DNA from: Pseudogymnoascus verrucosus
Taxonomy: Eukaryota
Direction: 5' to 3' (one strand)
Length of the DNA: 64,000 nucleotides
Assembly (NCBI GenBank): GCA_001662655.1
Contig: KV460221.1
Position numbers and translations under genes: made by a program. This document shows positions 48,224 through 59,875 of this stretch, one piece after another. How positions within the stretch are numbered: the stretch's first letter is position 1; every line of letters begins with the position of its first letter. The notes beneath the pieces were generated by a model. That model did not search any database. It had not been told where the DNA came from and worked only from the letters and a program-made list of their open reading frames with translations.

Positions 48224-49566
48224 ACGTAAGCTAAGGGGTTGCATATATGGAGTACAGGTTTGGGAGTTTAGATACCATAGGGTCATGGGTGGAATGATAT
48301 GGGTGGTTTATAAAACAAAATATGAAGAAATGATAAGAGTTATACTTTATATTTTAAATGTTAATGGGTTCCTTAATTATGTATAGTTCTAATTATTATA
48401 AATGCTACTTATTTCTCCTTAAATGGTTAGTATTTATAGAATATATACTATAAATCCTGTTAGTTATTCTTTTTATATACTCTAATTATTTAAATTTATT
48501 ATTTTAAGGTATAATTATAAATAACTATTAGTTAAAATTACTATACTATATATATTGTACCCTATTAGACTTCTTTTACTACCCTTATTAAAATTAGAAT
48601 AACCTACTATAGTATTAAAATCTTTATAGGATTACTTAATAAAACTAAATACTATAGTACCTAACTTAGGTAGAGTAAGGTAGTAAAAAAGTATATTATT
48701 ATAGTTATATAAGAGGGATATATTTTATATTATGTCCTTACCTTATATAGTATTAATGATAGAAGTAAGTAGTATATATTTAAAAAATAATATATATTCC
48801 TAACTACTAAGATTTAAAGTACTTTTATATACTAAATTATATATAAAGTAGCTAAAGGTAATAAAAAAAGATAACGTATTTCATAAGCGAATGAACAACC
48901 TAAGCAAGTGAACAACTAAAACACTGAAATTAACTATTACTACCTACTACTACACCACCACCCTACATAATAACCCTTATTCAATTGCAATTGATTCCTA
49001 GCGCCTCTTGCACGTACAAGCATTATGCCCCATATTACCACATGTGCCACATCGCCGCTGTCGGCCTGTAGAACCCACCTGCTAAGTAGTCTCACTTGCC
49101 ACCTCCGTACGAACTTAAGCATTAACCTTAGCAGTCTGAAGGATATCCTCTGCATCTCGTACGGAGAGACTGCCCCCTTGCATTATACGTCTCTTACGCT
49201 TCCTTTCCCTCCTCTTTTTCTGTTCATTTGCTGCTTGTAGAGCCTTAACTTCTACCTTTAGTAGAATAGCAGAATGCATCATAACCTAAGCTCCCTTTAT
49301 AAGCTGGCTTAGTGCATCATTAATTAAGCTAGGAGAGCTATTCTGATGTTGTACGACACAGTTCTTAATATGCTCTGTTTGAAAATCAAGCTCCCTTATA
49401 GTTTAAGGAGTCTTTGAAGTCTAATTGCTACTCTTAACTATAGGAGGAGTTAGAGTTCTTAAGTGTAGATTTAAGTGAGAGAGAACATTCTACGGTTCGT
49501 ACGGAACTAGTCCTATAGCTTAGAACCCACTCTTAATGTTCTACTCTATAAATGCAGCTTTGAATG

Positions 49567-49865
49567 TATAAGGATGCCTCCTTACTTAGGGTAGTTACAG
49601 CCGTCATGTAGCGCCATTAAGACTTAGGGCCGTTACGGGTTAGTCGCGACTAATAGCCTTAGGCACATAACGTAAGGAAGCCTTAGGCAAACAGGGAGCT
49701 AGCTAAGTCGGAGCAGCTTCGGGTATTTTAAGGGAATAGCTATATAGGGTTACACCTTCATCTTTTTTATATCCTTTATAGTAGACCTATAGGATTGCAC
49801 CGACTACTATCTAACTCGCACTCCTATATGCAACTTCTTGTGATACAGTGCCCTACGTCCTTACA
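49567..49865 (+). repeat. 5' LTR of the Gypsy element
   Basis: TA(=TG)TAAGG...CCTTACA; direct repeat of 58234-58532. Confidence 0.95.
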
Positions 49866-51466
49866 TTATATAAAAAAGATCACGCCTACTAGGGACGGCT
49901 GTACGTAAATAATATCCTATAACTAGAACGACTTAGGAGAACTATCGAAACACTACCGACTGCAACTTAGTAACATTTCGAAGTAGAGACCTAACGACTT
50001 CAAATAGCCGTGACCCTAGAGAACTCACAGACAACTAGTAGATTAGGGTTTGATCCTATAGAGCAAGCTAGTAAAGTCGCTAACGCGTTAGCGCTAAATA
50101 GGATACGAGATCCTTAAGAACCCCCTTAAGCATAGAGGCAATTGTGAATAAGAGTGTTAATAGCTATAAGCTACTAGAAGTTAAACTCTTTTGTATCGAC
50201 ACTAATACACCCCTAAACTAATATGAGGAAAATGACCTTAAACATCCCCTAAGACAATGATGGTTAACTGTCACGAATGTTAACGAGACAAACTACTGCT
50301 ATAGCTACAACTGCTACACCTACTAATGACATACTAGATTGAATGGCAAACCTCGAGATCTAGATGCAAGAGATTAAGGAAATGATAGCCAACCTAGCAG
50401 CAACCTAGACTAGAATTCCGTCCATGCTACTAGTAGACACCGTTGAAGTTGCAGAGTAATGAACTTCCCCTATGCAAAACACCCCTAAGATAGTTTAGTT
50501 ACTGCCTCTTTAAAACACTCGTTCTCTATTAATTCTAAGGATGTATTCTAAAGACCCTCTAAATTGCTATAAGAAATCCACCATCTCTAAGAAGATTACG
50601 CCGCTTAGCAATAGGATAGAACATACCTTTATGTAATGGAGCGCGTCTATTTAGGACTACCTCGTAGTTAATGAGGATCACTACCCTACTAACGTCTTAA
50701 GAAGAGCGTTAATATGGGGGACTACGACTAGCCTAGCAAAGAAATACCTTGAACCCTAATACCTATCTGCAACCTATGGGTTTTAGAGTGCTAACAAGAT
50801 AATGGACCTATTAGGTTTATATTACCTTACTAGCAACGAAACGGAACAGGCCTAGAACCTCTTTAACAACCTCTAAATAGGAGAGAAAGGACATATAAAC
50901 GAGACTTTCTTAGAGTTTAAAGCTCGCTTCTAAAGTGCAGCTATTATAGGACAGGTTACTAAGTTAGAATGGTTTCGGTATATGTAGAACAAGTTAACCC
51001 CTTAATTCCGTAGCTGCGTAGCGGTTATTAAAAGTTAATGGAAGGGAGACTACTACACTATAGTCTAAGAACTTACTGCCTTCGATTAGGAGCAGTAGCG
51101 GAACAACGAGTTGAGCTTCCTATCTAAGAGTAGCAAGTTAAGCTCCTAAGGACCTGCCTGCCTAAGCTCATCTAGGTTTACGCCTATAGACCCTAGAAAG
51201 GCCTAGCTACTAAGGTAGACAAGAAACCCTCTAGTTTCCTTTTAGAGGACTCCCTTTACGCCTACGGCCCCTAAGCTAGATATGATAGGCTGCGTGCAGA
51301 CTGCTGTGCCGGCTACGTCTAGGAACTGTTTTAAGTACAGTAAGCCGGGCCATTTCTAAGACAAATGCCTACTTAACCCTACCGTTAAGGAGATTGATCG
51401 CGAAGCCCCTAAGGACGAAGAACCATAGGAGGAAGTAGTCGCCTACTAGTTAGATGCGTCCCTTAA

Positions 51467-51506
51467 GGAAAACGACGAGGCCTAGGGAAAGGCTCCTTCC
51501 TAGGTC
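51467..51506 (+). other. Putative gag-pol -1 ribosomal frameshift signal
   Basis: GGAAAAC just before the gag stop (51483-51485); the protease frame is -1 relative to gag; followed by hairpin CCTAGGGAA...TTCCTAGG. Confidence 0.55.
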
Positions 51507-53102
51507 TACGCAAATGTGATCTATAAGGACTAGATTTATGAGAACTCTTAGGAGGCTCCTAATTTCTCGTTAATACAACCCTAAGTATGAACGGACTTAG
51601 GGTGTAAACGAAGTCACTTATAGACATAGGAGCAAATGGCTACCTCGTCATTAATAAGCCTTTTGCGCAACGGTTGTTAAAAGCGCTCTAGAGCCCTATA
51701 TGGAAACTGCCCTACTCTATACCTATATGTGGATTTTAGCGAAATATCTAAAGCTACGTGTTAGAGTACATTCAGTTACACTTAATAGTCAAAGGACGCT
51801 AAATCTATAACTGCCCCTTTATGCTCCTAGATCTTAGAGCGCAAGATGTAATAATTAGGAAGAAGCTTTTTAGCTGCTTTCGAATCCTACTCGACTCTGT
51901 AAAGAGCTAGCTAGTATAGCTAAAGGAGTACCTGCCTACTCCTAGCTAGAGCAAAGAGATTACCTTAGCCTACTACTTACGTGAACTATCTATACGTCAC
52001 CCTACCTATTAATTAGATGCAAACTAGTAGGACGATGCCATTAACTATGACGACAGACGACGTGAGGGTAGACGCTTAATACTAATGAAAGTAATAACGG
52101 CCTATTATAACGCTATTATAATCACCCTACTAAGCTTAGTACAAGACGAGGGAACAACCTACCTATACCCTAAAACCCTAAGGACACGAGCCTTGCCTAT
52201 AGAAACCTATAAAGACAGACCCTTAGGACAAGTAGAGGTAAAACCTCTAAGAAACGGACCATCTACATATAAAAGAAAGAACTATAGAAGGAGTAGAGTT
52301 GTCTCTCCCTCCTAATGCTAGACCCTATTACGCAGCTTTACGCTAGTCTAAATTTGCAAGATTAGTGCAAACGCTTTCTACTATGAGATGATGCAAAGCG
52401 ACTCTAAGTTCTTTACAACAAGCATCTACGAGATCGACTAGATCATCTAGGAGAGGGAAGCGGCTAAGGACGAAGAAACGCTCTACCTTATTTAGGACAA
52501 GCTTCTACATACGCACTACAACTATTCCGATGTCTTCTTAAAGTTAGAATCTAATTAGCTTCCCCTACATTACATATACGATCATAAGATACAACTAGAA
52601 GCCCCTTTACTAAATGCCTTTTCGCTACTATACTAACAAAGCACTAAAGAGCTTAAGGCGACTAAGTAATACCTATTAGAGAACCTTAAGAAGGGCTTTA
52701 TAGTTAATAGCAATAGCCCGTTTGCCTCCCCTATACTGTTTATGAAGAAGGCAGATGGCAAACTAAGATTTTGTATCGACTACTAGAAGTTAAACGGACT
52801 TACCTATAACGACCCCTACCCTATCCTACGTATTAACGAACTACTAGGATAGGTGTTAAAAGCAAAAATCTTCACGAAGCTAGACATTAGGTAAGCCTTC
52901 CATCATATACGAATGGACCCTAACTCTAAAGAGTACACGACCTTCTAAACTTAATATAGATCCTATAAATGCAAAGTGCTGCCGTTTAGTCTAACGAACG
53001 GCCCTACAACCTATTAGAGGTATATAAACGACGTTCTTATGTAATACTTAGACGACTTCTATACTGCCTACCTAGACGACATCCTAATCTACTCTAAGGA
53101 CC

Positions 53103-53647
53103 TATTACGGCCCTTAGGGAAACTATGGACTGTGTAGGTTTCCGATATTAGAACAGAGTATCTACTGTTAGAAACCAGATAGCGTACGACCTTGTTAGGT
53201 CGAACGACTAAGCCGAGCGCTAGAACATTAGTGGCGCTAGACCTAATCGGGCCTAGGGACTAAGCTGAGCGTACAACCTAGGAGTGTAGGAACTAAGTAG
53301 CTCCTATGCCCTACAGTCTTAAGAGTAGGGGACGTCGCAGGATTAGTTAGATCTAGAGACCTCTAGTCCTTAGACCTAATTATATTGCAAGACCCACGTA
53401 ATGGATAACAACGATATGTTAGATATTTGTTATCTATGATATCTTCGATATCCTTTAGCACAACGCCACTATATAGGCAGATAGTTAGTTCTTAGATAGG
53501 AGCTTTGTGCTTAACTTAATATAGTATTTGTTATATACTATAACGTGTTTTACAAAAGCCTTTGTGTCTAATCCCCTACCTCCTCTGTTAAGTAAACCAA
53601 CGCAACGAAACCTCTATAAGTCTTATAGTTTAAGACCTAGCGTTATA
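53103..53647. mobile_element. Solo LTR (545 bp) of a second retroelement family inserted in the RT domain
   Basis: TSD GGACC on both sides; RIPed termini TA...TA; removal restores 'YLDDILIYSKDPTEH'; reverse complement of 56066-56610. Confidence 0.92.
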
Positions 53648-56065
53648 GGACCCTACGGAACATATGGACTACGTATATAAGGTCCTCTAACGGCTTTAAG
53701 AAGTAGGACTACAAGCTAACATTAAGAAATGCGAGTTCAACGTAACCTAGACAAAGTATTTAGGCTATATCCTAACTACTACTAGTGTTGAAGCGGATCC
53801 TAAGAAGATCGAACCCCTCTAGAATTGGATCTAACTAACAACGGTCATAGGCATAAAGTCTTACCTTAGATTCTACGGCTTCTACTGCTAATTTATTAGA
53901 AATTTTAGGAAAATAGCTAAGCCTCTTACTACTATTACCAGCCCCTTAGAACTGTTCCTATAGACTAACGAATGTAAGAACGCTTTTAAAGAAATGCGCC
54001 GACAGCTTTTAGCTGTGTAGGCGCTCTACTACTTTAACCCCGAATTACCTACGAAGCTAGAAACAGACTCCTCTAACGGAGTCGTAGCTAGTGTTCTTTC
54101 TTAGGAACACCTAGATAAGCAATGGTATCCTATAAGCTTCTACAGTCACGTCCTATCTAGGCACAAGATTAATTAGGAGATCTACGATAAGGAACTGTTT
54201 GCTATTATAAAAGCGTTTGCAAAATAGAGGCTAGAATTGGCATTAGTAAGCTACTAAATCGACGTTTACACTAATTACCAATTGCTAGAATACTTCATAA
54301 CAACGAAGGTTCTTATAGCGAAGCAGGTTCAGTAGATAGAGCTACTCTCTAACTTCAACTTCTATATTATGTATACTGCTAGCAAGAACAATCAGAAGGT
54401 AGATATACTAAGCTAAAGAGAGTAAGACCTAATTATACAACAGAAGGTTAAACTTAACAGCTGTGTAAGGGTGCTGTTAGGCCTAGCCTAACTACACCCC
54501 TAAATTAGTGCTAAATTAGCACAAACGTACGTGGCCTCAATTAATGCAATAGACGCCCCGAACACCTAGGTCTGCTTTAACCAAATAGAAGCGCTCTACG
54601 TGGATAATAGGAGGTCGTTTACTAACACTTGCGCAAAAGACCCCCTACCTAACGGGTTTATAATGAAAGACTAACTCTTGTTATATAAAGGTCGACTGTG
54701 CGTAAACTAGGACACTAAGTTATATACGAAACTTATATGGGAAGTACACGATTAAGTATCAGTAGCCTACCCTAGTAGCAGGAAAACTTATTAGTTACTA
54801 GCCCTAAAGTATCATTAGGTTAGAATGGAAGCGGATTGCCTCTAATATGTGCGTAACTACGTAACGTGCTAACTTTCTTACACTAACGTAACGAAGCAGC
54901 AAGGCTTCTTACACCCCCTACTAGTACCTAAATACCCTATGAAACACCTAACGATAGACTTTAAGGAATTCCTAAAGGATAAACACAGATTCAACAGCAT
55001 CCTTATGTTTATAGACCGACTTAGTAAGGGTTTAGTGTCTATACTGTGTTATAAGACTACTAATGCCTGCTAAATGGCGCAGCTATTCATCGAATGGATA
55101 TATCGATTTAGACACACCCTAGAGTCGATCATTAGTAATTGTAGACCCTAATTCATATTAGCTTTCTAGCGAGAGTTCTACTGAATCATAGGGGTTAAGA
55201 TTAAGCTGTCGACAGCCTATTATAAGCAGACTAACAGGCAGACGGAAATCATGAATTAGTATATCGATTAGAGACTAAGGCCCTTTGTATTACATTATTA
55301 GGACAACTAGAGCAAGCTCATTCCCATTATAGATTAGGTGTAAATGACCCTTCCCTACGCCTTAATTAGAATGACCCCCTACTAACTTAAGTATGGGACT
55401 GATCCACGCACTAGTTAGGACTAGGAAACCCTAAAAGCCACAACCCCTAGGGAAGTTATGAACTAGAAGGAAGCTAAAGCAGTAGCAAACTGCATGCACT
55501 CTACATAGACTTACATAAAGGAGAACATAACTAAAGTACAGGAGGATATGTCTAAATACGCAAATCGACGCCAACGAGCTATTAACTAGAACGTAGGAGA
55601 CAAGGTTTACCTATTAACTAGGAATCTAAGGAATCACCGCCCTAGCTATAAGTTGGGGCAATAATGGGTTAGACCTTATATGGTACTAGAACAAATCGGA
55701 CACGCCTTTCGATTAGACCTACTAAAGGGTTCCTAAATACACAATGTCTTCTCTCTAGACGTACTCATTAAGGCTCTAAATAACCCGCTACCTAGTTAAG
55801 CAGTACCTAAGCTAAGTAGCGAAGTCGTAGACGGCCTAGAGGAGTAGGAGGTCGAAAAGATCCTCGCTATAAGGATCTAGCGAAAACAACTTTAATACTA
55901 GGTATCCTAGGTTGGATACGATCTAGACCTAGAATGGTACCCTACCTTAAACTTTAAGAACTCCCCCTATAAAATCTAGGAGTTCTATGCTAAGTACCTA
56001 AACCTACTAGGACTGCTGTAGGACCTACCTAGCTAGATTACAGAATGGGAGATAGGCAAACTAAG

Positions 56066-56610
56066 TGTAACGCTAGGTCTTAAACTATAAGACTCACAGA
56101 GGTTTCGTTGCGTTGGTTTACTTAATAGAGGAGGTAGGGGATTAGACACAAAGGCTTTTGTAAAACACGTTATAGTATATAACAAATACTATATTGAGTT
56201 AAGCACGAAGCTCCTATCTAAGAACTAACTATCTGCCTATATAGTAGCGTTGTGCCAAAGGATATCGAAGATATCATAGATAACAAATATCTAACATATC
56301 GTTGTTATCCATCACGTGGGTCTTGCAATATGATTAGGTCTAAGGACCAGAGGTCTCTAGATCCAACTAATCCCGCAACGTCCCCTACTCTTAAGACCGC
56401 GGGGCGTAGGAGCTACTTAGTTCCTACGCTCCTAGGTCGTGCGCCTAGCTCAGTCCCTAGGCCCGATTGGGTCTAGCGCCACTAATGTTCTAGCGCTCAG
56501 CTTAGTCGTTCGACCTAACAAGGTCGTACGCTGTCTAGTTTCCGACAGCAGATACTCTGTTCTAATATCAGAAACCTACACAGTCTATAGTTTCCCTAAG
56601 GGCTGTAACA
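56066..56610. mobile_element. Second solo LTR (545 bp) of the same family, opposite orientation, just after the chromodomain
   Basis: TG...CA termini intact; TSD CTAAG at 56061-56065 and 56611-56615. Confidence 0.93.
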
Positions 56611-56848
56611 CTAAGCTATAATCATAAGAGGCATAGCAAAGCAGAGGAAAACAGCGTCGTTACTACCTACGACACTAAACTAAACACCCTCTAAGCTAGG
56701 GCACCCTTAGAGCCGTAGCCCTTATAGAAGCTACCCTTCCTAAACGTCTTACTAGCGTTACAACAAGTAGCTACCACTATAAGAGACGAAGGGTTAAAGT
56801 GACCCTACGCGAAAGACTACGCCTAAGTTCCCTCTAACATAGGGCCTA

Positions 56849-57605
56849 TTACCTAAGGTCGACGGCTACCCCCTCCTCCTCTACCCCCTCTACCTCCTCC
56901 GCCCCCCTCTTCCTCTTCTTCTACCTACTACCGCCTACCTTCGTCGCCGTAGTAAGGGCGTTAGGGATCCTCTCTACTAACTCCCCTACTACATCTACTA
57001 TAGAAGCTACCCCATTAAGGGCAGCGATCTCCTTCTCCTAGTTCACTAGGATTAAGGCCGACTTCTAGCCTATAACGGCCACGGCCTAGCAGACCCGCTA
57101 CGGTCGTTAGCGCAAGAACTAAAAACATATAAGGGAAACGGAAAACTTACCTCTAGACCGTCCTTAACGGCAGCGTAGAGGGCGCAACTCTCTATGTAGG
57201 CTAAAAGCTCGGCTAGGGAGCGGAACTTTAGCATATTAGCAGTGGCTAATGTAACTACACACCTAATCTCCGCTATAGCGGCCTTAATGGCAGCAGGGAC
57301 AGGAGGGGTTGCTGCCTTAGCAGCTAGGAGCTTCTAGTACTCTAGGCTAGCGAACTAGGAGATCTATCTCTAGAGGTTAGCGACGGGCAGCTAAGACAAA
57401 CCATAAAGCTAAAAGCTAAACGAGAACCTACTAGAACACACGTTACGTGTTAGACTACGTAGCGCTTATACTTAGAGCTTTCTAAGCTCTACATACACGA
57501 GACAGCGGGATCTCCGTCCTTCTTGCGCCCTTTAGCACGCACGTAGTGCATATACTACTAGTAGAAAGCCATAGTAAGGGCGCTAGGAGGAGGGGGAACC
57601 GGCAT
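56849..57605 (-). pseudogene. Antisense intron-containing accessory gene inside the Gypsy element (Zn2Cys6-like motif plus NLS), RIP-mutated
   Basis: Exons 57605-57432, 57363-57151 and 57097-56849 are joined by phase-0 GT...GCTAAC...AG introns. Internal stops are TAG/TAA of RIP type. Total about 211 codons. Confidence 0.75.
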
Positions 57606-58233
57606 CTTTAAATTAGAAATCTACAATTTCCCATTAGCCTAGCCTAGCCTAAGTTATCACCACTGCGCTAGCGCGGTCCTAGCACCTACTAAATCGTTCG
57701 TTATGTGTTTATATCTAAAAACAACCTGTTAGTATCTAGCTATACCATTAGAGGGGCCACTTACTAGTCTTAGGAGGGGGGGGGTTAGCGTCGTTATGAA
57801 GAAAACAACAAGTTGTAGGCGAAGCTCGAATTCATATTCTAGCTTATAACAAAGCCGTCTAAATCGGGTTAGCGCTAAATTTCCCCTTTACATTGAAATT
57901 CTACAACAACATACATACTACGTAGACTCTATTTAATACTAATATAGACCCTCGCCTACTAATCGCCACATACACAACAAAGACGCAACCTTACGTAAAC
58001 GGATTTAGACTACTTCTACTACCTATACGGCTGCCTACCATTAGCCTTCTTAACAAACAAAGGGCATTCTAGTCTTTACGCCTACACCTTACCTAGCAAC
58101 CTACACAAAGGCTCGTTATAGTTGCTCCTTAGTCTTAATTCCTCCTCTACACCACACAACCCATATAACAACTTACATACAGTGTAGGCTTATATGCTTT
58201 AAGGATAAAGCACCTTCTAAAGGCAGGGGGTAG

Positions 58234-58532
58234 TATAAGGATGCCTCCTTACTTAGGGTAGTTATAGCCGTTACGTAGCGCCATCGAGACTTAGGGCCGT
58301 TATGGGTTAGTTGCGACTAACAGCCTTAGGCACATAACGTAAGGAAGCCTTAGGCAAACAGGGAGCTAGCTAAGTTAGAGCAGCTTTAGGTATTTTAAGG
58401 GAATAGCCATATAGGGTTACACCTTCATCTTTTTTATATCCTTTGTAGTAGACCTATAGGATTGCACCGACTACTATCTAACTTGCACTCCTATATGCAA
58501 CTTCTTGTAATATAGTGCCCTACGTCCTTATA
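58234..58532 (+). repeat. 3' LTR of the Gypsy element
   Basis: Direct repeat of 49567-49865, differing only by transitions; preceded by the polypurine tract. Confidence 0.95.
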
Positions 58533-59875
58533 GAATGCTTCTTTAAATGTAGAGAGAAACTTAAGCTTTATGATGTGGTTTAGCTAGTTCTATACGAAAG
58601 CTTTAATCTACTTTCTATACGAAAGCTTTAGTAGCGCAAAGTAGCTTACATTAAGAGGCTAAAGAATATGCAACGAGTGTAGTAGCATATAAAGGGTAAT
58701 TATCTTCTGTTCTATATAGTAGTGTTGAAATTAAGCAGAGAGGTAGCTCTTATGTCTATTAAGAATAAGAAGGTAATAGGTGCCAATTGTACGAGCATTT
58801 GTATGCTAATTAAAGTGCTAAATCTACTTATACCTAATTGAATTTAAAGTCTACCCATTCTTACTTAGTATAATCACCTAATCGTCTAGTAATCCTAAGT
58901 TCTCGTACTAAGTAGAGAGGTGATTCTACGCCTTAAAAATAATAAACGGCAGGAGTGCCTATCCGTACGAATTAACACCTTAAATAATTAACACCTACTC
59001 TCTATTTCTAGGCTATATAGTCTTTAGACGGCCCTTTGCTTCTAAGCTTATAACTACCTTTGTAGTAGCAATAACTCCTATTATAAAACCTGCTTTATTA
59101 AAGTTATAGATATCCTACTCTAAGATTCTGTATTTTGCAACTATATTTTGTATAAGGGAGAACTACTCTTTAATTATCTTAGGATCTTCACATTTTACTC
59201 GTTTATAATCGTACTTCTAACTAAACTTTGCTTTGATTTCCATATGACGCTTAATGAAGTTAGTAGTCTAGTTCTTCCTAATAGGGCTCCTACCTTGTTT
59301 AGAGAGTAGTAGGTTAGCCATTTCTTATACAGCTTACAGCTAGGGTAGAAATCCACGTGAATTAAGGTTAAGGATATACTAAACGAGAGCTAACTCTTTG
59401 TATAGAGTCATCTTACGTGAGTTAGGAGTACAGTTGCGTTATAAAGGCATGCTACGAAATCGTTAATATAGAGTTGAATATAGTACGTTATATGTTGTTG
59501 CAGCTGCCTAAATACTTTAAATATGCCCTTGTTTAATTGCTTAAATAGCTAGAACAATATTACCCTCTTAAATAGAGGGTATAGCTCGTTATAGTAGTGA
59601 CATTATAGTCTATTAGTTAGTTGACGCGTTTTAGTGTTTTAGTTGTTCACTCGCTTAGGTTGTTCATTCGCTTATGAAATACGTTAGATAATATATATAT
59701 ACATATAATAGTACTTATACTAGAAGCATCTAAATTTAGAGTATTATAAAATTATTAATTACTAAAAACGATAGAAAATAGTAGACATAGAAAATAAAGA
59801 AGCTATAATTCTAATTAATTTATTATGTAAAATGTTAAAAATGTATATTACTTTATGCTATAATTATATCTAGTA

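Larger units (their letters stand above)
49567..58532 (+). mobile_element. Full-length Ty3/Gypsy chromovirus-type LTR retrotransposon (RIP-inactivated)
   Basis: 299 bp LTRs; 5 bp TSD GAATG (49562-49566 / 58533-58537); polypurine tract ~58219-58233; degenerate gag CCHC (~51325), protease 'LIDIGANG' (~51617), RT 'LRFCIDY*KLN' and 'YLDDILIYS', RNase H 'ETDSS', integrase 'QTNRQTE', chromodomain 'EVEKIL...Y.VS.VGY....WYP' (~55840-55970). Confidence 0.95.
48874..59684 (-). mobile_element. Fot1/Pogo-like DNA transposon copy A (RIP-inactivated), interrupted by a Gypsy element
   Basis: TIR ACGTATTTCA(T/C)AAGCGAATGAACAAC... at both ends with TA on each side. 48874-49566 and 58533-59684 are the reverse complement of copy B. 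Confidence 0.93.

Noticed and set aside
53103..56610. The two 545 bp repeats as TIRs or LTRs of one element enclosing 53648-56065
   Set aside because: Each has its own distinct TSD, and the enclosed DNA is the continuous pol of the host Gypsy element.
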